From an uncultured candidate division Zixibacteria bacterium (GTDB lineage Bacteria > Zixibacteria > MSB-5A5 > GN15 > PGXB01): a stretch of DNA of 64,000 bases. Made by a program: the position numbers and the translations under genes. The notes beneath the pieces are model-generated. The model did not search any database. It saw nothing but the letters and a program-made list of their open reading frames with translations, and was not told where the DNA came from. This document shows, piece after piece, positions 1-11,610 of this stretch (its first letter is position 1; each line of letters opens with the position of its first letter). The DNA is taken from contig OY969724.1 of assembly GCA_963702205.1 (NCBI GenBank), positions 1,440,001 through 1,504,000 on the forward strand, written 5' to 3'.

Positions 1-35
1 TTAAATTTTTCCCATCCCTGGGGACGATTGCTCGT

Positions 36-455
36 CTATCTCCGTGTTCTCCTTCTGGCCCTTGTCTTCGGCGCAGCCTTTTTCCTCCGGGCGGAGGCAG
101 GCTTCTTCAGACCGAGAGCACTGATCTTCCCCCGTACCGAGGCCAGCGAGCGTCTCAATTCCCTGGCCAGTTTGGAGGCCGGCTTGGTTTTATAGCCGAC
201 TCTCAGGGCACTGATTTCCGTAGCTGCCCAGCCCTTGCCGGCTTTGCCTCTTCTGGTGGCGGCTTTGGTTTTGGGCCCGGCTTTGGCTCTGGTCGTCGCG
301 CGAGCTTTAGCTCTTGGCTTGGCCTTTGTCCTTGGCTTAGCTTTGGCTTTCGCTCTCGGCTTGGCTTTGGCTTTCGCTCTTGGCTTGGCTTTGGGTTTCG
401 CTTTGGCTCTTGCTTTGGGTTTCGCTTTCGGTTTGGCTTTCTTCTTGACTGCCAT
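36..455 (-). CDS. Histone H1-like Lys/Ala/Pro-rich protein with short C-terminal HTH-like module
   Basis: KAKP/RAKA repeats, then GWAATEISALR..Y..KPASKLARELRRSLASVRGKISALGL; AAGGAG RBS before ATG at 455. Confidence 0.75.
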   Translation of the reverse strand: MAVKKKAKPKAKPKARAKAKPKAKPRAKAKAKPRAKAKAKPRTKAKPRAKARATTRAKAGPKTKAATRRGKAGKGWAATEISALRVGYKTKPASKLARELRRSLASVRGKISALGLKKPASARRKKAAPKTRARRRTRR

Positions 456-739
456 GCCGACTCCTTTCATTGGAGGTTGTTTGGGTTTGGTTTATTTCGG
501 TTCTTGCTTTTCCTATTTGTACCGAATCTCTGCACTTCGGTTCCATGTTAAGTCACAACTACCCTTGCTGAAAGTCATGCGGCAAACCCCGTATTGCACT
601 CATTATATCGTGTCGACAAAAGAATAGAAATGTTGAAAAAATAGTGCAAGAAAAAAATGATAAAAAAATAAAATATATTAGTGGCACGATTCACGAACCG
701 GAGCGATGCATCGACGGATAATGCCAGATATGTACGATA

Positions 740-3571
740 TCAGCGCGACCCGTTGAGTTCTTTCTTGAGATATTGCCCGGTGTACGAATTATCCACGTCG
801 GCAATCTGCTCGGGGGTACCGACGGCGATTATGCGCCCTCCGCGGTCGCCGCCTTCGGGACCGATATCGATGATATTATCGGCCGTCTTGATGACGTCTA
901 GGTTGTGCTCTATCACCAGTACCGTATTGCCCCGATCGACCAGTTCGTTGAGCACGAGCAGCAGCATGCGAATGTCCTCGAAATGCAGTCCGGTCGTCGG
1001 TTCATCGAGAATGTACAGTGTCGACCCGGTCGCGGTTTTGGAAAGCTCCGTCGCCAGCTTGACACGCTGTGCTTCGCCGCCCGAAAGCGTGGTGGCCTGC
1101 TGTCCGAGGTGGATATATCCCAGACCGACTTTCTTCAAAGTTAGCAGTTTGCGCCGTACGGGCGGGATGCTCTCGAAGAATTCCAGCGCTTCATCGACCG
1201 TCATGTCGAGCACGTCGGCGATGGATTTCCCCTTGTATTTGATCTCCAGCGTTTCGCGGTTGAAACGCTGTCCCTTGCAGGCTTCGCACGGCACATACAC
1301 GTCGGGCAGAAAATGCATTTCGATTTTTATGATGCCATCACCCTCACAGGTCTCGCAGCGACCGCCCTTGACATTGAAAGAAAACCGTCCGGGACGATAA
1401 CCTCTCATGCGCGACTCCGGCAGGCGGGCGAAAAGGTCCCGTATAAAAGTAAAGACGCCGGTGTACGTGGCGGGGTTGGAACGGGGCGTCCGTCCGATCG
1501 GGGATTGATCGATGTCGACCACCTTGTCGATGTGTTCCAGCCCTTCGATAGATTCGTACGGCAGCGGCGTCCGCCGCGAATTATAGAACTTGCGGGCCAG
1601 GATGCGATAAAGTGTCTCGTTGATCAGGGTCGATTTGCCCGAACCGGATACGCCGGTGACGACGTTGAACACGCCGAGCGGGATGGAAACTTTTTCTTTT
1701 TTAAGATTGTTGCCCGAGGCACCCTTCAGTACGACATATTTTCCGTTGGGCGAACGGCGCTCGGTCGGAGTTTCGATTTTTCTGCGGTTGGATAGATACG
1801 CCCCGGTGAGCGATTTCTTACTCCGTTTGATCTGTACCGGGGTCCCGGCGATGACTATTTCGCCGCCCTCTTTGCCGGCGCCGGGTCCCAGATCGACCAC
1901 ATAATCGGCCTGTTCGATCGTCTCGCGATCGTGCTCGACGACTATCACCGTGTTGCCCAGATCACGCAGCTCGCACAACGTTTCGAGGAGCATGCGATTG
2001 TCGCGCTGGTGCAGGCCGATCGACGGCTCATCGAGGACGTACATCACGCCCACCAATCGCGAACCGATCTGGGTCGCGAGACGAATACGTTGCGATTCTC
2101 CGCCCGACAATGACACCGTTCCTCGGTTAAGGGTCAAATAGCCGACACCGACGTTGTCAAGAAACTCCAGACGGCTGTTGATCTCTTTGAGCACCTGTCG
2201 TGCGATCAATTCCTGCTTTTTGGTCAGCTTTAACCCGGTGAAAAACTCCCGCGCGCGCGTAACCGACATCGACGTCACCGAATCGATCGTCTCGCGGTTG
2301 ATAATCACCGACAGCGCCTCCGGCCGCAGCCTGGCGCCGTTACAGTCGGGGCAGGAGTTGATCGACATGAACTGCTCGATCCACTGTCTCACGCCCGACG
2401 ACGTCGTCTGGCGATAGCGGCGCTCCAGGTTGGGGATAACGCCTTCAAACGTGCCGTTGTAGTTCATCATGCCCCGGCCGTCGGAACGGACGTATTCGAA
2501 CTCCATTTCTTCCTTGCCGGAACCGTGAAGGATTATCTTTTGAACATTCGCGGGGAGCTTCTCGAACGGCATCGCGAATTTGAAGTCATAGTGTTTGGCC
2601 AGGGCCTTCAGCATGGTGCGATACCAGTTGGCCATGTCGGGTCCCCACGGCTTGATGGCTCCCAGGTTGAGGGACAGCGACGGATCGGGAACGACCAGAT
2701 CGGGGTTGATATTCATGATGCTGCCCAGGCCGGAACAGGTTTGGCAGGCGCCGTACGGTGAATTGAACGAAAACATTCGCGGCGTAAGTTCGTCATAACT
2801 TATATTGCAGTCACCGCAGGCAAACTGCTCGGAAAAGAGCAGGTCCTTGCCTTTGATATTTATTAGTACGCGCCCGCCCGAAGCCTTGATCGCCGTCTCA
2901 ACCGAATCGGTCAGGCGCTGCAGCGATTTACTTTTGACGACGAGACGGTCGACGACAATATCGATCGTGTGTTTGACGTTCTTCTTGAGATTGATGTCGC
3001 CGTCAGTCTCGACTATTTCACCGTCGATGCGCAGACGGACGAACCCTTCTTTGCGGGCGTTTTCGATGACGTCCTTATGCTCGCCCTTGCGGCCCTTAAC
3101 CAGCGGTGAAAGCACCATCAGCCGCGTGCCTTCCTCGAACGACAGGACCGAGTCGACTATGTCCTGCACCGTCTGGCGGGTAATCGGTTTGCCGCATTTG
3201 ATGCAGTGCCGCACCCCGATCCGGGCGAAAAGCAGTCGAAGATAATCATAAATCTCCGTCACCGTGCCGACCGTCGAGCGCGGGTTCTTGGATGTCCCCT
3301 TTTGTTCGATAGATATGGCGGGGGAGAGGCCGTCGATCAGATCGACGTCGGGCTTATCCATCAGCCCCAGAAACTGGCGGGCGTATGCGGACAGAGATTC
3401 CACGAAGCGGCGCTGGCCCTCGGCATAAATGGTATCAAAGGCCAGCGACGACTTCCCCGAGCCGGAAAGCCCGGTGATGACGATCAAATTGTTGCGCGGC
3501 AGCGTGAGATCGATATTTTTAAGATTGTGCTGCCGGGCGCCCTTTATAATAATATGTTTGTTTTCCGACAT
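740..3571 (-). CDS. uvrA: Excinuclease ABC subunit A
   Basis: [10 protein letters not shown], two Walker A motifs ([16 protein letters not shown]), LSGGE signatures, Zn-finger Cys pairs. Confidence 0.98.
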   Translation of the reverse strand: MSENKHIIIKGARQHNLKNIDLTLPRNNLIVITGLSGSGKSSLAFDTIYAEGQRRFVESLSAYARQFLGLMDKPDVDLIDGLSPAISIEQKGTSKNPRSTVGTVTEIYDYLRLLFARIGVRHCIKCGKPITRQTVQDIVDSVLSFEEGTRLMVLSPLVKGRKGEHKDVIENARKEGFVRLRIDGEIVETDGDINLKKNVKHTIDIVVDRLVVKSKSLQRLTDSVETAIKASGGRVLINIKGKDLLFSEQFACGDCNISYDELTPRMFSFNSPYGACQTCSGLGSIMNINPDLVVPDPSLSLNLGAIKPWGPDMANWYRTMLKALAKHYDFKFAMPFEKLPANVQKIILHGSGKEEMEFEYVRSDGRGMMNYNGTFEGVIPNLERRYRQTTSSGVRQWIEQFMSINSCPDCNGARLRPEALSVIINRETIDSVTSMSVTRAREFFTGLKLTKKQELIARQVLKEINSRLEFLDNVGVGYLTLNRGTVSLSGGESQRIRLATQIGSRLVGVMYVLDEPSIGLHQRDNRMLLETLCELRDLGNTVIVVEHDRETIEQADYVVDLGPGAGKEGGEIVIAGTPVQIKRSKKSLTGAYLSNRRKIETPTERRSPNGKYVVLKGASGNNLKKEKVSIPLGVFNVVTGVSGSGKSTLINETLYRILARKFYNSRRTPLPYESIEGLEHIDKVVDIDQSPIGRTPRSNPATYTGVFTFIRDLFARLPESRMRGYRPGRFSFNVKGGRCETCEGDGIIKIEMHFLPDVYVPCEACKGQRFNRETLEIKYKGKSIADVLDMTVDEALEFFESIPPVRRKLLTLKKVGLGYIHLGQQATTLSGGEAQRVKLATELSKTATGSTLYILDEPTTGLHFEDIRMLLLVLNELVDRGNTVLVIEHNLDVIKTADNIIDIGPEGGDRGGRIIAVGTPEQIADVDNSYTGQYLKKELNGSR

Positions 3572-3740
3572 ATTTTCCTTAAACATCCTTAAATTTGCGA
3601 AGTGCCCAAATCCGGCGTAACCTATAATATAATTAATAGCGGCGAAATCAGGCCAGTATTTTTGGAATATTTAAATGATTTAATATTTGGTCCAAATCAC
3701 ATATTTCAATATTCGGCGCTTGTTATTATATTGGACTTTC

Positions 3741-4586
3741 ATGCAGCGCAAACTGACGATAAAAAAAGGACCGGATATTGGCCTCCATCGGCAGGATTGC
3801 CTTAAGGGTATGGCCCGGAAGGTTAAGCCGGGGTCAGTCGATATCGTCGTGACGTCGCCGCCGTATAATATCGGAGTGGCGTACGGCCGTTATGACGACA
3901 ACCGGCCTCTCGATGATTATCTGGCCTGGCTGGCCGAGTGGGGGAGAGCCGTCGAGAAGGCCCTCAACGATGGGGGATCGCTCTTTTTGAATATCGGTTC
4001 CAAACCGACCGAGCCGGAAATCCCCTTCCGCGTGCTCGACAGCCTGCTGGGGAGCTTCAGGCTCCAGAATGTCATTCACTGGGTCAAGTCAATATATATC
4101 GAAGCCGAAAGCTACCACAATAATATCGAAATCAACGTCGGACACTATAAACCGATCAACAGCCCGCGCTTTTTGAATGACACCCATGAATATATATTTC
4201 ACCTGACCAAAACCGGGAACGTCCCGCTCGACCGTCTCGCTCTGGGGGTGCCGTACAAAGACGTCTCCAATGTAACACGCTGGAACGACGGGAAGTCGAA
4301 CATTCGTTGTCGCGGCAACTGCTGGTTCATTCCGTATGAAACAATCCAAAACCGTAAAAACGACCGTCCGCACCCGGCGTCGTTTCCGCCGCAACTGGCG
4401 GAGAATTGCATCCGACTGCACGGTTATCACCCGGAAACGCTGGTGATGGACCCGTTTACGGGCATCGGCAGTACCGCCCTGGCCTGCCATCGGCTGGGTG
4501 TGAAATTCATCGGATTCGAGATTGATCCGTATTATATAAAAACGGCCCGGGCGAGACTGGCGCAAACGGTCAAGTCGGGTCAATAA
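3741..4586 (+). CDS. Site-specific DNA methyltransferase (N4-C/N6-A, beta-class motif order), orphan
   Basis: TSPPY catalytic motif N-terminal, HPASFP, DPFTGIGST SAM-binding motif C-terminal. Confidence 0.9.
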   Translation: MQRKLTIKKGPDIGLHRQDCLKGMARKVKPGSVDIVVTSPPYNIGVAYGRYDDNRPLDDYLAWLAEWGRAVEKALNDGGSLFLNIGSKPTEPEIPFRVLDSLLGSFRLQNVIHWVKSIYIEAESYHNNIEINVGHYKPINSPRFLNDTHEYIFHLTKTGNVPLDRLALGVPYKDVSNVTRWNDGKSNIRCRGNCWFIPYETIQNRKNDRPHPASFPPQLAENCIRLHGYHPETLVMDPFTGIGSTALACHRLGVKFIGFEIDPYYIKTARARLAQTVKSGQ

Positions 4587-4627
4587 ATGCTTGACAATTT
4601 GGCAGGACTTTATAACTTTCCGACTCT

Positions 4628-5230
4628 ATGAGCGATACTGGACGCCGCAAATATTTCGAGCAGTTTGTCGATGAATGGGACAAAATGTTCACCGCCGAGG
4701 AACTGGAACTCCTCGAGTTTCTGATCGATTCATTTGATTTCAGAAAAGGCTATAAAATTGCCGATCTCGGGTGCGGGACAGGTGTCATGTTCGATATCAT
4801 CCGCCGCCGTATCGGCCCCGAAGGTATCATTGTCGGAGTGGATTTCTGTTCCCGTATGCTCGAGAAAGCCCGCATGAATTTTCCTTTCGATAATATCTAC
4901 ACCGTCGACGGCGACGTTGAAGACCTGCCTCTTAAAAGCGGTGCCTTCGATATCGCCCTGACATTCGCGGCCTTTGCTCATTTCAGCAATCAGAAACGGG
5001 CCATGGAGGAATCGGCGCGCATTCTCAAAACAGGCGGCAAGTTTTACGTGATACATCTCGTGTCGTCGTCGGAGCTCGAAGAGGAACATCATCAAATGGG
5101 CGGACCAATCGCCGAGGACCGTCTCCCGGCCCGCGAGGATATGATGCAGCTTTTCATCGACGGGGGCTTTAAAGACGTCAAAATAACTGATCACCCCGGG
5201 CTGTATCTGGCCCAGGGTATCAAGGTCTGA
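4628..5230 (+). CDS. Class I SAM-dependent methyltransferase
   Basis: DLGCGTG motif I, GVDFC, GDVEDLP. Confidence 0.85.
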   Translation: MSDTGRRKYFEQFVDEWDKMFTAEELELLEFLIDSFDFRKGYKIADLGCGTGVMFDIIRRRIGPEGIIVGVDFCSRMLEKARMNFPFDNIYTVDGDVEDLPLKSGAFDIALTFAAFAHFSNQKRAMEESARILKTGGKFYVIHLVSSSELEEEHHQMGGPIAEDRLPAREDMMQLFIDGGFKDVKITDHPGLYLAQGIKV

Positions 5231-5231
5231 T

Positions 5232-5771
5232 TTGTCCCATCGACATATAACCCATACGGCCCTGTATCTGGCCGTCGCTTTGGCCCTGCCCTACGCTTTT
5301 CACCTGACCGGTTTGGGTGGCCGGATGTTTCTGCCGATGCATCTGCCGGTCCTGGTCTGCGGAATGGCTCTGGGTCCGCTTCACGGTATTTTGGTCGGGC
5401 TGCTGGCCCCGCCTTTGTCGCATCTAATGACGGGCATGCCGCCGACGTACGCCGTCCCGTTGATGTCGCTGGAACTGCCGATGTACGCTCTGGTCGGCGG
5501 ATTAGCCTATAAGAAACTGAATTTGAATATATATATCGCGCTGGTCGCGGCCATGATTTTCGGCCGTTTGGCTTTCGCGCTGGGTCTGGCGGTTCTGGGG
5601 ATGTTTATGGCGTTGCCGTACGGACCGGTTCAATTTATCGCCGCCGGCGGAGCCATGCTTACGGGTTGGCCGGGGGTTTTGGTTCAGTTTATCATCATTC
5701 CGCCGGTCGTCGCGGCCATCAAGCGATCCTTTCATCCGGCTGCCGGCAACACTGGACCGGCCAGGACATAA
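5232..5771 (+). CDS. ECF transporter S component
   Basis: Hydrophobic; FLPMHLPVL and P.LS...TGMP motifs; TTG start adjacent to upstream stop. Confidence 0.8.
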   Translation: MSHRHITHTALYLAVALALPYAFHLTGLGGRMFLPMHLPVLVCGMALGPLHGILVGLLAPPLSHLMTGMPPTYAVPLMSLELPMYALVGGLAYKKLNLNIYIALVAAMIFGRLAFALGLAVLGMFMALPYGPVQFIAAGGAMLTGWPGVLVQFIIIPPVVAAIKRSFHPAAGNTGPART

Positions 5772-5800
5772 AAAAACCGATACGGTAAGGTATCGGTTTA
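5771..5800. terminator. Hairpin between convergent genes, probable terminator
   Basis: AAAAAAACCGATAC-ggtaag-GTATCGGTTT. Confidence 0.55.
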
Positions 5801-5851
5801 AATCGTATCCATGCCCGCCCCGTCTTAAAGGGCGTTACATTATAAAATCTA

Positions 5852-6034
5852 CTATCTGCCTTCTTTGAAAAGAACGTGCTTTTTCACGACCGGGTCGTAT
5901 TTTTTCAACTGCATCCGGTCGGGATTGTTGCGCTTGTTCTTTTTCATAGTGTAGGTATAAGGGCTTTCGGTCGATCTCATCTTGATGATCACGACGTTCT
6001 TATTCTTACTTTTGCCGCCTGTCTTTTTGGCCAT
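5852..6034 (-). CDS. rpmG: 50S ribosomal protein L33 (Zn-free type)
   Basis: [31 protein letters not shown]; no Cys. Confidence 0.95.
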   Translation of the reverse strand: MAKKTGGKSKNKNVVIIKMRSTESPYTYTMKKNKRNNPDRMQLKKYDPVVKKHVLFKEGR

Positions 6035-6238
6035 TTCTATAATCTCCTTGTCTTGCTTTCAAATCAAACGGTCCGGGAATATATTCCGGGCCGGTCTCAC
6101 AAAATACGCGCAATTGCGAATTTGTCCAGCCCCTTTTTATTGTTTTCGGAAGAAAATGCCGGAAATAAAGTCCTTTCGGATGTCGTCCCGGAAGGTTTAA
6201 TTCACCAGTTTTGTGCCCCGGCCCGGCAGATTCCGAAT

Positions 6239-7789
6239 TTACTCCATGGCGCTGCAGGCGTCTATCGGCCCGACGCCGTCAAAATAGATAAAATCGATCA
6301 GGTACAATATATCCAACAGGTTGTTGCGACAATCACCATTGCAGTCTCCGCGCTGCTCGAAAGAATAAGGATCACCGCCGTAAAGAGAATGGATCATGGA
6401 CAGGATATCGAGCAGGTTGATTTCGCAGTCATCGTTGAAATCACCGGCAATCTGAAGAGTGAGTGAATAGGCGAAACCAATTCCCCAGATACTTCCCGGG
6501 GCGGCCGCGCTGTACCAAACCGGAATGTAAAAGCAGCTCTCAGTCGAGTCGAACAAGAACGTCGCCCGATACATATAATAATCCCATTGTCCCCGAGGGC
6601 CGTGCTTGACCGTTTCGCCGAGGAATTCCCAGTTAAGCCCGTCATCGCTGACAAACAGCATTTCTCCGAGGGTGTCGTACGTATTCGTATTCAGAGGATT
6701 CAAGGCTCCCAGCATATAATACCGGCCATCCCGGGACCATTGGTTGATTTTCATGTGCCAGAGCTGCTCTTTATAAAAGGGCATTTCAACAAAGCACGTA
6801 TCCGCTTTCACCCAGTGGTCCCCGATAAGGGGAATTTCCATGCGTATCATCTGCGTGCCGGACGTGAAATCTCGATAATCGATGGACCAAAGCCAGTAAT
6901 TACCGTTGGGGGCTCGGGCTACGGTCGGGGATATGAGATTCCACGGGGTATAATAGTCGGTGGAAACCTGATCGTTGTCGACGACGATAAGGGTATCTGT
7001 CTGTTTCCAATCGATGCCATTTCGGGAGAAAAAGCCGTAAAGAATTTCAATGCCCATCGAACCCTTGTACCAACGGAAGATGAGATAAACCCCTCCCGCC
7101 GTCGAATCATAAACCAGCTCTGGGTCGGAATTATGCCCCATAAGTTTCTCGGATTTCAAGCTAAAGCGGTAAGCCTGATCCCATATTGTATCGGGGTCGA
7201 TCAGGCCGGTTTCACCCGGATTAGACTGTCCGAAGGTTGTTACCGGGTCTCTGACCCACACCGTATCCAGGGTCCCATCTTCACCGGTGGGGTCTATCCC
7301 GACGGCAAACGGACGACACCAACCACCAAAGCGCCAATTGCTGACCCGGATCGTCGGATCCTCGAATGCGGCGCTGCCGTACGGACTCGGGGTCATGGTC
7401 ATCCAGTATTTCCATTTCGGGGTATCGGTTGCCGCGATAATGGTGTCGAGAATGCCATCCCGGTCATAGCCGATAACCTCGTGCGACGGTTCCGGTCCGA
7501 ATCCTTCTTCGCGGTAAAAGATGTCGGGATGCACTACCTGGTTGGAGCCCATGAAAGCCATGGCAAAGTCGATCGTCCCGTTTTTTTCATCGTGGAAACA
7601 ATGCCCCGGACAGGACTTTGCGTCCTTTGATTGAATTTGCCCATCCAAAAGACCGGAGATCGTTTCGGATGAGCCGACTGGATGTTCTGTTAATGGAATT
7701 TCTTCATTGGCAGACAACCCGTGGCTGTAGCGGGCGCTTAAAAACAGGCCGCAGAACAAGGCATAACGCAATAAATTACGCATACCCAC
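6239..7789 (-). CDS. Secreted protein, putative glycosidase-like beta-propeller with C-terminal dockerin-like repeat
   Basis: Signal peptide; SDPELVY, Asp-box-like S.DGL.W; C-terminal GDFNDDCEINLLDI..GDCNGDCRNNLLDILYLI duplicated motif. Confidence 0.65.
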   Translation of the reverse strand: MGMRNLLRYALFCGLFLSARYSHGLSANEEIPLTEHPVGSSETISGLLDGQIQSKDAKSCPGHCFHDEKNGTIDFAMAFMGSNQVVHPDIFYREEGFGPEPSHEVIGYDRDGILDTIIAATDTPKWKYWMTMTPSPYGSAAFEDPTIRVSNWRFGGWCRPFAVGIDPTGEDGTLDTVWVRDPVTTFGQSNPGETGLIDPDTIWDQAYRFSLKSEKLMGHNSDPELVYDSTAGGVYLIFRWYKGSMGIEILYGFFSRNGIDWKQTDTLIVVDNDQVSTDYYTPWNLISPTVARAPNGNYWLWSIDYRDFTSGTQMIRMEIPLIGDHWVKADTCFVEMPFYKEQLWHMKINQWSRDGRYYMLGALNPLNTNTYDTLGEMLFVSDDGLNWEFLGETVKHGPRGQWDYYMYRATFLFDSTESCFYIPVWYSAAAPGSIWGIGFAYSLTLQIAGDFNDDCEINLLDILSMIHSLYGGDPYSFEQRGDCNGDCRNNLLDILYLIDFIYFDGVGPIDACSAME

Positions 7790-8069
7790 CCCACACTTAT
7801 TGCCCGTCGATGTAGCTTTGTCGCAGGAGATTATTGTTAGCTAATAATAATGTACCTCAAGATCGGTTTTCGTCAATAAGTAAAACAGCACGGCATAAAA
7901 ATAAATTGGATCGACTGGGTATACTTTTTGATTACAGCGCCACTTTCTGTAAAAGCCTCCAATTCGGAGCACCGGATTCACCATCCTTGCCATTGCCAAA
8001 AACGTTGAATTTTAGTATCTTCCGGGCCTGTTAACTGCCTGAAAAATCGGTCTAAGAAAAGGATAAATT

Positions 8070-10496
8070 ATGGCTCTCGAACGCGAAAAAATTGTCCCTA
8101 TAAATCTCGAAGACGAGATGAAGCATTCTTATCTCGACTACTCAATGTCAGTCATAACCAACCGGGCGCTGCCGGACGTACGCGACGGTTTGAAACCGTC
8201 CAACCGCCGCATTCTGGTAGCCATGCACGATCTTCGCCTGGCGCCGGGGCGGCCGTTCAGGAAATGCGCCAAGATCGCCGGTGATACTTCCGGCAACTAC
8301 CACCCCCACGGCGAACAGGTCGTCTATCCGACTTTGGTACGTATGGCGCAGGATTTCAATATGCGCTATCCCCTGGTCGACGGACAGGGCAATTTCGGAT
8401 CAATCGACGGCGACGGGGCGGCGGCCATGCGATACACCGAAGCGCGGCTGACACCGATTGCGATGGAAATGCTGGCCGATCTCGAAAAAGAGACGGTCGA
8501 TATGATGGCCAACTATGATGAAACCCGTCAGGAACCGAAAGTTCTTCCGGGTAAATTCCCCAACCTGATCTGCAACGGGACCTCGGGTATCGCGGTCGGG
8601 ATGGCCTCGAATATTCCGCCGCACAACCTGGGCGAAATTGTCGACGCCGCCTGTGCCGTGATCGACAACGAAGACATCACCAATAAAGAACTTATGGAAT
8701 ATGTGCCGGGTCCGGATTTCCCGACCGGCGGGATTATCAACGGACGAAACGGTATCCGCGAAGCCTACGAAACCGGAAAAGGGCGCATTATCGTCCGCGC
8801 CCGCGCGGCCGTCGAGAAAAATAAAAGCGGCAAAGACAGTATTGTTGTCACCGAAATCCCGTTTCAGGTCAACAAATCCAACCTGCTTGAAAAAATCGCC
8901 GACCTGGTCAGGGATAAAAAGATCGAAGGCATCTCCGATCTTCGCGATGAATCCGACCGTGACGGCATGAGAATCGTGATCGAACTCAAGCGCGACGCCC
9001 AGGCCGAGATCATTCTCAACCAGCTATACAAAAACACCTTTATGCAGGCAACCTTCGGGGTTATGATGCTGACGCTGGTCGATGGCATCCCGAATTTCCT
9101 GACCCTCAAACAGATGCTTTCGGAATACGTGCGGCACCGCCACGAGGTGGTCGTGCGTCGCACCCAGTTCGATCTTAATAAGGCCGAGGAACGGGCGCAC
9201 ATTCTCGAAGGGTACAAAATTGCGCTGGACAATATCGACGCCGTCATCGAGTTGATTAAAAAATCCAAGGACACACCGACCGCTCGCGACGGCCTGATGA
9301 ATAAATTCAAATTGTCGGAAAAGCAGGCCAACGCCATTCTCGAAATGAGGCTGGCTCGCCTGACCGGTCTGGAACGTCAGAAAATCGAAGAAGAATATCT
9401 CGCGACCATAAAACTGATCGAGGAGCTGCGCGGTATTCTGGCCTCCAAAGCCCGCCGGATGAAAATCATCAAGGACGAGCTCAAGGAACTCAGGAAAAAG
9501 TACGCCGACGAACGTCGCACCGAAATTCAGGACGAGGCCGAAGAATTCACGGTCGAGGATTTGATCGCCGAAGAGGATATGGTCATCACCATCTCGCACC
9601 TCGGGTATGTCAAACGGCTGCCGGTGACATCGTACCGCCGCCAGAATCGGGGCGGACGTGGCGTGATCGGCATCGAAACCAAGGAAACCGATTTCGCCGA
9701 GCACCTGTTTATCGCGTCGACCCACGACTATATCCTGTTCTTTTCCAACAAGGGGCAGGTGTACTGGGTTAAGGTGCATTCGATCCCGACCGGCGGACGA
9801 CTCGCCAAGGGCAAACCGATCGTGAATATGGTTAACCTCAAGGACGGTGAAATTATCACGGCCTTCTGCAAAGTGCGCGATTTTGACGACCAGCATTTTG
9901 TCGTCATGGCCACCCGCGAAGGGGTCGTCAAAAAAACCTCGCTCGATAATTTCTCCAACCCGCGCCGTGACGGCATCATCGCCACCAGCCTGCCGGACAC
10001 CGATGAACTGATCGAGGCCGCTATCACCGATGGGACTTTTGATATTATTCTGGCGACACATAAGGGCCAGGCGATACGGTTCCCTGAGGATAAAGTGCGC
10101 GGTATGGGCCGCAATGCCTACGGTGTCAAGGGCATCACGCTCGGCAAGGACGATTTCCTGGTCGGCATGGTCGTGGTCAAGCGCGAAAGCACGCTGTTGA
10201 CCGTGACCGAAAACGGCTTTGGTAAACGGACCGCCGTTGCCGATTACCGGGTGACCAACCGGGGTGGAAAAGGGATTATCAATATCAAAACCAGCGACCG
10301 TAACGGGCATGTGATTGACGTCAAAGAAGTGGTGGAAGATGAAGAGTTGATATTGATAACCAGGAAGGGCATAACCAACCGCCAGCAGGTGAAGCAAATC
10401 AAGGTCATCAGCCGCAACACGCAGGGCGTGAAGCTGATCAGCTTGGACAAAGGCGATCAGCTCAAAGACGTCGCCCGAGTGGCGAAGGAAGAATAG
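8070..10496 (+). CDS. gyrA: DNA gyrase subunit A
   Basis: [19 protein letters not shown] active site, GyrA-box-like QNRGGRG. Confidence 0.97.
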   Translation: MALEREKIVPINLEDEMKHSYLDYSMSVITNRALPDVRDGLKPSNRRILVAMHDLRLAPGRPFRKCAKIAGDTSGNYHPHGEQVVYPTLVRMAQDFNMRYPLVDGQGNFGSIDGDGAAAMRYTEARLTPIAMEMLADLEKETVDMMANYDETRQEPKVLPGKFPNLICNGTSGIAVGMASNIPPHNLGEIVDAACAVIDNEDITNKELMEYVPGPDFPTGGIINGRNGIREAYETGKGRIIVRARAAVEKNKSGKDSIVVTEIPFQVNKSNLLEKIADLVRDKKIEGISDLRDESDRDGMRIVIELKRDAQAEIILNQLYKNTFMQATFGVMMLTLVDGIPNFLTLKQMLSEYVRHRHEVVVRRTQFDLNKAEERAHILEGYKIALDNIDAVIELIKKSKDTPTARDGLMNKFKLSEKQANAILEMRLARLTGLERQKIEEEYLATIKLIEELRGILASKARRMKIIKDELKELRKKYADERRTEIQDEAEEFTVEDLIAEEDMVITISHLGYVKRLPVTSYRRQNRGGRGVIGIETKETDFAEHLFIASTHDYILFFSNKGQVYWVKVHSIPTGGRLAKGKPIVNMVNLKDGEIITAFCKVRDFDDQHFVVMATREGVVKKTSLDNFSNPRRDGIIATSLPDTDELIEAAITDGTFDIILATHKGQAIRFPEDKVRGMGRNAYGVKGITLGKDDFLVGMVVVKRESTLLTVTENGFGKRTAVADYRVTNRGGKGIINIKTSDRNGHVIDVKEVVEDEELILITRKGITNRQQVKQIKVISRNTQGVKLISLDKGDQLKDVARVAKEE

Positions 10497-10524
10497 TAGA
10501 TTTCAGGATTTCAATATTATCAAT

Positions 10525-10591
10525 GTCATTCCCGCGAAAGCGGGAATCCAGAAGAATTAAGAACTGGATCCCGGGTCAAGCCCGGGATGAC
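10525..10591. repeat. REP-like palindrome pair, family A (GTCATTCCCGC..GCGGGAATCCA)
   Basis: Copies also at 37514-37540 (reverse) and 47190-47215. Confidence 0.8.
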
Positions 10592-10622
10592 AATGATCCG
10601 GATTGTGAGCGGCAGACGCCCC

Positions 10623-10775
10623 GAGGCTGTCCCAAAAGTGTTCCGTCGGGTGTTGATTTCGACGCAGTCGAAATTGTCACCCGACGGAAACCGTTGAAAG
10701 ACCGCAGGGTCACATCCCGACTTCGTCGGGACAAGACCCCGCGGAACTTAAAAAGAGTACTTTTGAGACAGCCTC
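10623..10775. mobile_element. MITE-like element with IS1182-like terminal inverted repeats
   Basis: GAGGCTGTCCCAAAAGT (10623-10639) and ACTTTTGAGACAGCCTC (10759-10775), 16/17 inverted match; no transposase. Confidence 0.6.
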
Positions 10776-10825
10776 TCCCGGTCTGCCGCTTTATTGCTTT
10801 TGCACCATACAGTCGATAATTAACC

Positions 10826-11371
10826 ATGCGCCGAAATGACAAAGAAATCAAAGACCGAAAGGTCATCAACAAAATACTCGATTCGTGTACTATCGGATAT
10901 CTGGGCACGGTCGGGCTTGACGGTTCACCGATGGTCAAGCCGGTCAATTTCGTGCGGGTCGATAATGCTATTTATTTCCACACCGCCAAGGAAGGGGAGA
11001 AGATCGAACATATCCGTCGCGATGACCGCGTTTGTTTCACTGTCGCGCAACGGCTGGCGTATGTAGAAGCCGGACGCAAGGCGTGCAAGGCGGGATATTT
11101 GTACCGTTCGGTGATTGTTAAGGGGTTAGCTTATTTAATCGACAATAATGGAGAGAAATTGACGGCCTTGAACGCCCTTATGGCCAAGCACCAACCCGAT
11201 GATACATTTGATCCGATTGACTCCGCGCAGTTAGAAAAAACCGGCGTCGTGCGCATAAACATCGAAAGCATTACCGGCAAAGAAGACCTCGGTAAAGGAC
11301 CATTGAGAGAGAAAGTGCTGAAAGCCCTTGAAGACGGGGCGGGTTTGCCGTTGGTGTTGGATGAGAAATAA
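10826..11371 (+). CDS. Pyridoxamine 5'-phosphate oxidase-like flavin-binding protein (NimA-like)
   Basis: MRRNDKEI start, IYFHTAKEGEK, VCFTV, YRSVIVKG, ITGK. Confidence 0.85.
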   Translation: MRRNDKEIKDRKVINKILDSCTIGYLGTVGLDGSPMVKPVNFVRVDNAIYFHTAKEGEKIEHIRRDDRVCFTVAQRLAYVEAGRKACKAGYLYRSVIVKGLAYLIDNNGEKLTALNALMAKHQPDDTFDPIDSAQLEKTGVVRINIESITGKEDLGKGPLREKVLKALEDGAGLPLVLDEK

Positions 11372-11396
11372 AACAGCTTGATTGACAATTCTTGAA

Positions 11397-11594
11397 GGTC
11401 GAAACCCCCGCCGAAGGTCCTTCGCGCAGCGAAGGAGGTTTCGACATCTTTATATTATTTGCAATATATCAATATTCGCATGATGCAACTATAGCCAATA
11501 TTCTATGTATGAGTGACCCAATTTATTAAACATGTTGCCCAATATGAAAATGTCACGGCAAAAGAGTGTCGAAAGCGCAGGGCTTTCGACCTAC
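11397..11594. repeat. REP-like palindromes, family C (GTCGAAAC..GTTTCGAC with CTAC/GTAG end)
   Basis: Related copies at 35078-35131, 37078-37105, 37222-37276. Confidence 0.75.
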
Positions 11595-11610
11595 CAAGGC
11601 CTAAAATCAA

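Noticed and set aside
235..627. Hydrophobic plus-strand ORF (also 59401-59778 and 59336-59950 on minus)
   Set aside because: Antisense shadows of the Lys/Ala-rich histone-like genes, which have the RBS and recognisable domains
682..697. Sigma54 promoter (TGGCACGATTC..)
   Set aside because: The -12 TTGC element is absent
9024..10397. Long antisense ORFs over gyrA, uvrA, pntAA, dnaE, groEL and others
   Set aside because: Expected shadows from codon bias; no motifs
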